The notes beneath the pieces are model-generated. The model did no database searches, was not told the DNA's origin, and worked only from the letters and a program-made list of their open reading frames with translations. 24,884 bases of DNA from positions 1 to 24,884 of the forward strand of contig JBDQPD010000048.1 in the NCBI GenBank assembly GCA_040260805.1. The letters are read 5' to 3'. Source of the stretch: Myxococcota bacterium. GTDB lineage: Bacteria > Myxococcota > UBA4151. Shown here in pieces: positions 23,056-24,884 of this stretch (position 1 is its first letter; each line of letters begins with the position of its first letter). The translations under genes and the position numbers were made by a program.

Positions 23056-24669
23056 ATGAGTTTAGCGATCCCACTCTCCCTCATGCTGGCGGCGCCGCTC
23101 AATGGCGTCACCGTCTTCGCTGGCGATCAACCCGAGCCCTTCACCGCCGAAGTGCTCGATACGCTCCCTCACGCGCTCGGGCCTCGGGTCCCGCTGATCT
23201 TGGTGCGTCTTCGCGGTAAGAAGATCGAACACACGGGCGTGATTGCGGGGATGAGCGGATCGCCCGTTTATCAAGACGGTCGCCTGATCGGCGCCGTGGG
23301 CTACCGGATGGGTAGCTTTAGCAAAGAGCCGATCGCCGGGATCACGCCGATCGATCACATGCGTCAAGCGCTCACCGGGCAGGTTCGAGCCGGGAAGGCG
23401 TCGCACAATTTACAAAACGTCCAAGTGCCGGTCGTCATCGCAGGCCTTGACGCCTCGGTGAGCAAGCCCTTGCTCGATGAGTTGAGCCAAGCGACCGCAA
23501 CGCCGCTGCGCGCAGTCGCCGGCGGCGGCTCGTCAAGCGGGCCGGCGCCCGACCAGCTGGTTAACGGTGGCGCGCTGGCGGTGGTGATGGCGAAGGGTGA
23601 CATCAACATGTTTGCGCTCGGGACGGTCACCGAGGTCGACGAGAAGAGCTTTCTCGGCTTTGGACACCCGATGTTTGGCTGGGGCGCTTTAGCGATCCCG
23701 GTCGGCACCGCGGTCGTCAGCACCACCATCGCATCCCCCGCCAACGCCTTTAAAGTGGGCCGCCTGGGTAAGCTGGTCGGCACCATGACCCAAGATCGAC
23801 TGCCTGCGATCGGCGGCACCATTGGGACGCCCGCACCGATGATCCCTGTGACCATCGACGTCGGCGAAGCCCAACCGTTCAAGGTCGATCTAGCGATTCA
23901 CCGACGCCTGACCCCCTCTTTGCTTCGCTCGGTTGCGCATCAAGCGGCGTTACGCCGAACCGACTTTGATGCGGGTGGAACGGTCGGGCTGACTGGAACG
24001 CTCGAGACAAGCCATGGCAGCGTCAAGATCAATGAGTGGGTAGCCCACCCTCATCATCCAGGCACGGGCGGAGCCGTCGCCGAGCCCTTGCGCTGGATCT
24101 CGGCGATGCTCCTCGACAACCCGCTGGGCTCAGTGACTCTGAAGTCCGCAAAGCTCAAGCTGCACCGCTTGCCCACGACTCATGTTGAGGCGTTGCGAAC
24201 GGTCGAGATTTTGAACCCGAACCCGCAACCCGGACAGCCGCTCGACCTGCGTCTGCGTTGGCGTCGTTATCAAGACACGGATCGGCATCAGGACGTCAGC
24301 TTGCCGCTCTCCAACGATTTAGAGGCCGGGCCTGCCCAGTTGGTGGTCGCCGGCGGCGGCAGCATCGATAGCCTGGAGCGGCATTGCGGCGACGGCGCCC
24401 CCCCTCGCAGCCAAAAGGAGCTGGTTCCCTGGCTCAACGACCGCGCCGACCCCCGCGCCCGAGCCCTTTTTGTGGTGCGCGCCATCCCGACGCAGAGCTT
24501 CGGCAGCCAGCGCATGATGCGCAGCGCCTGGGATGAGCGCCTCCCCCGCATTGACCTCGATAGTGAACCGGGCGGTTGTTTGATCGTCGCTCGGCATGAT
24601 TTAGCACCTGCTGCTGGCCCGGTGGTCGCAGACCAGGTGCTCTCCTTCTCACTCCAAGGAGCACGCTGA
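23056..24669 (+). CDS. SpoIVB peptidase S55 domain protein
   Basis: GVIAGMSGSPVY..GRLIGAV, GITPI, GTVT and GFGHPM. Start at ATG 23056 after AAGGGG. Confidence 0.85.
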   Translation: MSLAIPLSLMLAAPLNGVTVFAGDQPEPFTAEVLDTLPHALGPRVPLILVRLRGKKIEHTGVIAGMSGSPVYQDGRLIGAVGYRMGSFSKEPIAGITPIDHMRQALTGQVRAGKASHNLQNVQVPVVIAGLDASVSKPLLDELSQATATPLRAVAGGGSSSGPAPDQLVNGGALAVVMAKGDINMFALGTVTEVDEKSFLGFGHPMFGWGALAIPVGTAVVSTTIASPANAFKVGRLGKLVGTMTQDRLPAIGGTIGTPAPMIPVTIDVGEAQPFKVDLAIHRRLTPSLLRSVAHQAALRRTDFDAGGTVGLTGTLETSHGSVKINEWVAHPHHPGTGGAVAEPLRWISAMLLDNPLGSVTLKSAKLKLHRLPTTHVEALRTVEILNPNPQPGQPLDLRLRWRRYQDTDRHQDVSLPLSNDLEAGPAQLVVAGGGSIDSLERHCGDGAPPRSQKELVPWLNDRADPRARALFVVRAIPTQSFGSQRMMRSAWDERLPRIDLDSEPGGCLIVARHDLAPAAGPVVADQVLSFSLQGAR

Positions 24670-24884
24670 TGTGGACCGCTCTCGTACTCGCTGCGTCGAC
24701 GCAGGTGATTCATCTTCATGGCGTTGACGACCTCGCTCAAGGCACCTTCGATGGCACCGCGCTGACGCGTCACGGCGAGCTCGTGACCTCGAATCGATAC
24801 GCGAAAGTCGGGAAGGTTCCCGGACCTGCCTTGCGCGTCCTGAGCAATGGTCACCTGTTGATCGGCGCTCCCTTGCGGTTGATC
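24669..24884 (+). CDS. Secreted protein, N-terminal fragment (possible beta-propeller partner of the S55 protein); runs off the window end
   Basis: Not in the ORF track. TGATG overlap; open frame MWTALVLAASTQVIHLHGVDDLAQGTFDGTALTRHGEL... to the end of the window. Confidence 0.6.
   Translation, partial: MWTALVLAASTQVIHLHGVDDLAQGTFDGTALTRHGELVTSNRYAKVGKVPGPALRVLSNGHLLIGAPLRLI

Overview
A GC-rich, gene-dense bacterial chromosomal segment, probably Myxococcota or a related deltaproteobacterium (inferred from gene content). It carries ordinary genes: the 5' part of a HelZ-like SNF2 helicase, pcp, a cysZ/EI24-like gene, speA, an M1 aminopeptidase, queG, pgeF, rluD, rplS, an acyl-CoA dehydrogenase and an S55 peptidase. 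The most notable part is an apparent operon at 16507-21045. It encodes a Tes/GDGT-MAS-like radical SAM enzyme interrupted by one in-frame TAG at codon 200, a small membrane protein, a divergent Lgt paralog, and three tandem paralogous membrane proteins. Those three share an invariant HGSGAVNLDGLNPL motif placed just before a lipobox-like GC. I propose, as a hypothesis, a dedicated protein-lipidation or lipid-modification system. Other points of interest are a HEAT protein paired with a degenerate HD-GYP protein, two divergent start codons sharing one CATG, and a TetR-like operator upstream of the acyl-CoA dehydrogenase. No rRNA, tRNA, CRISPR array or mobile element was recognised. All family calls come from motif recognition, not database searches.
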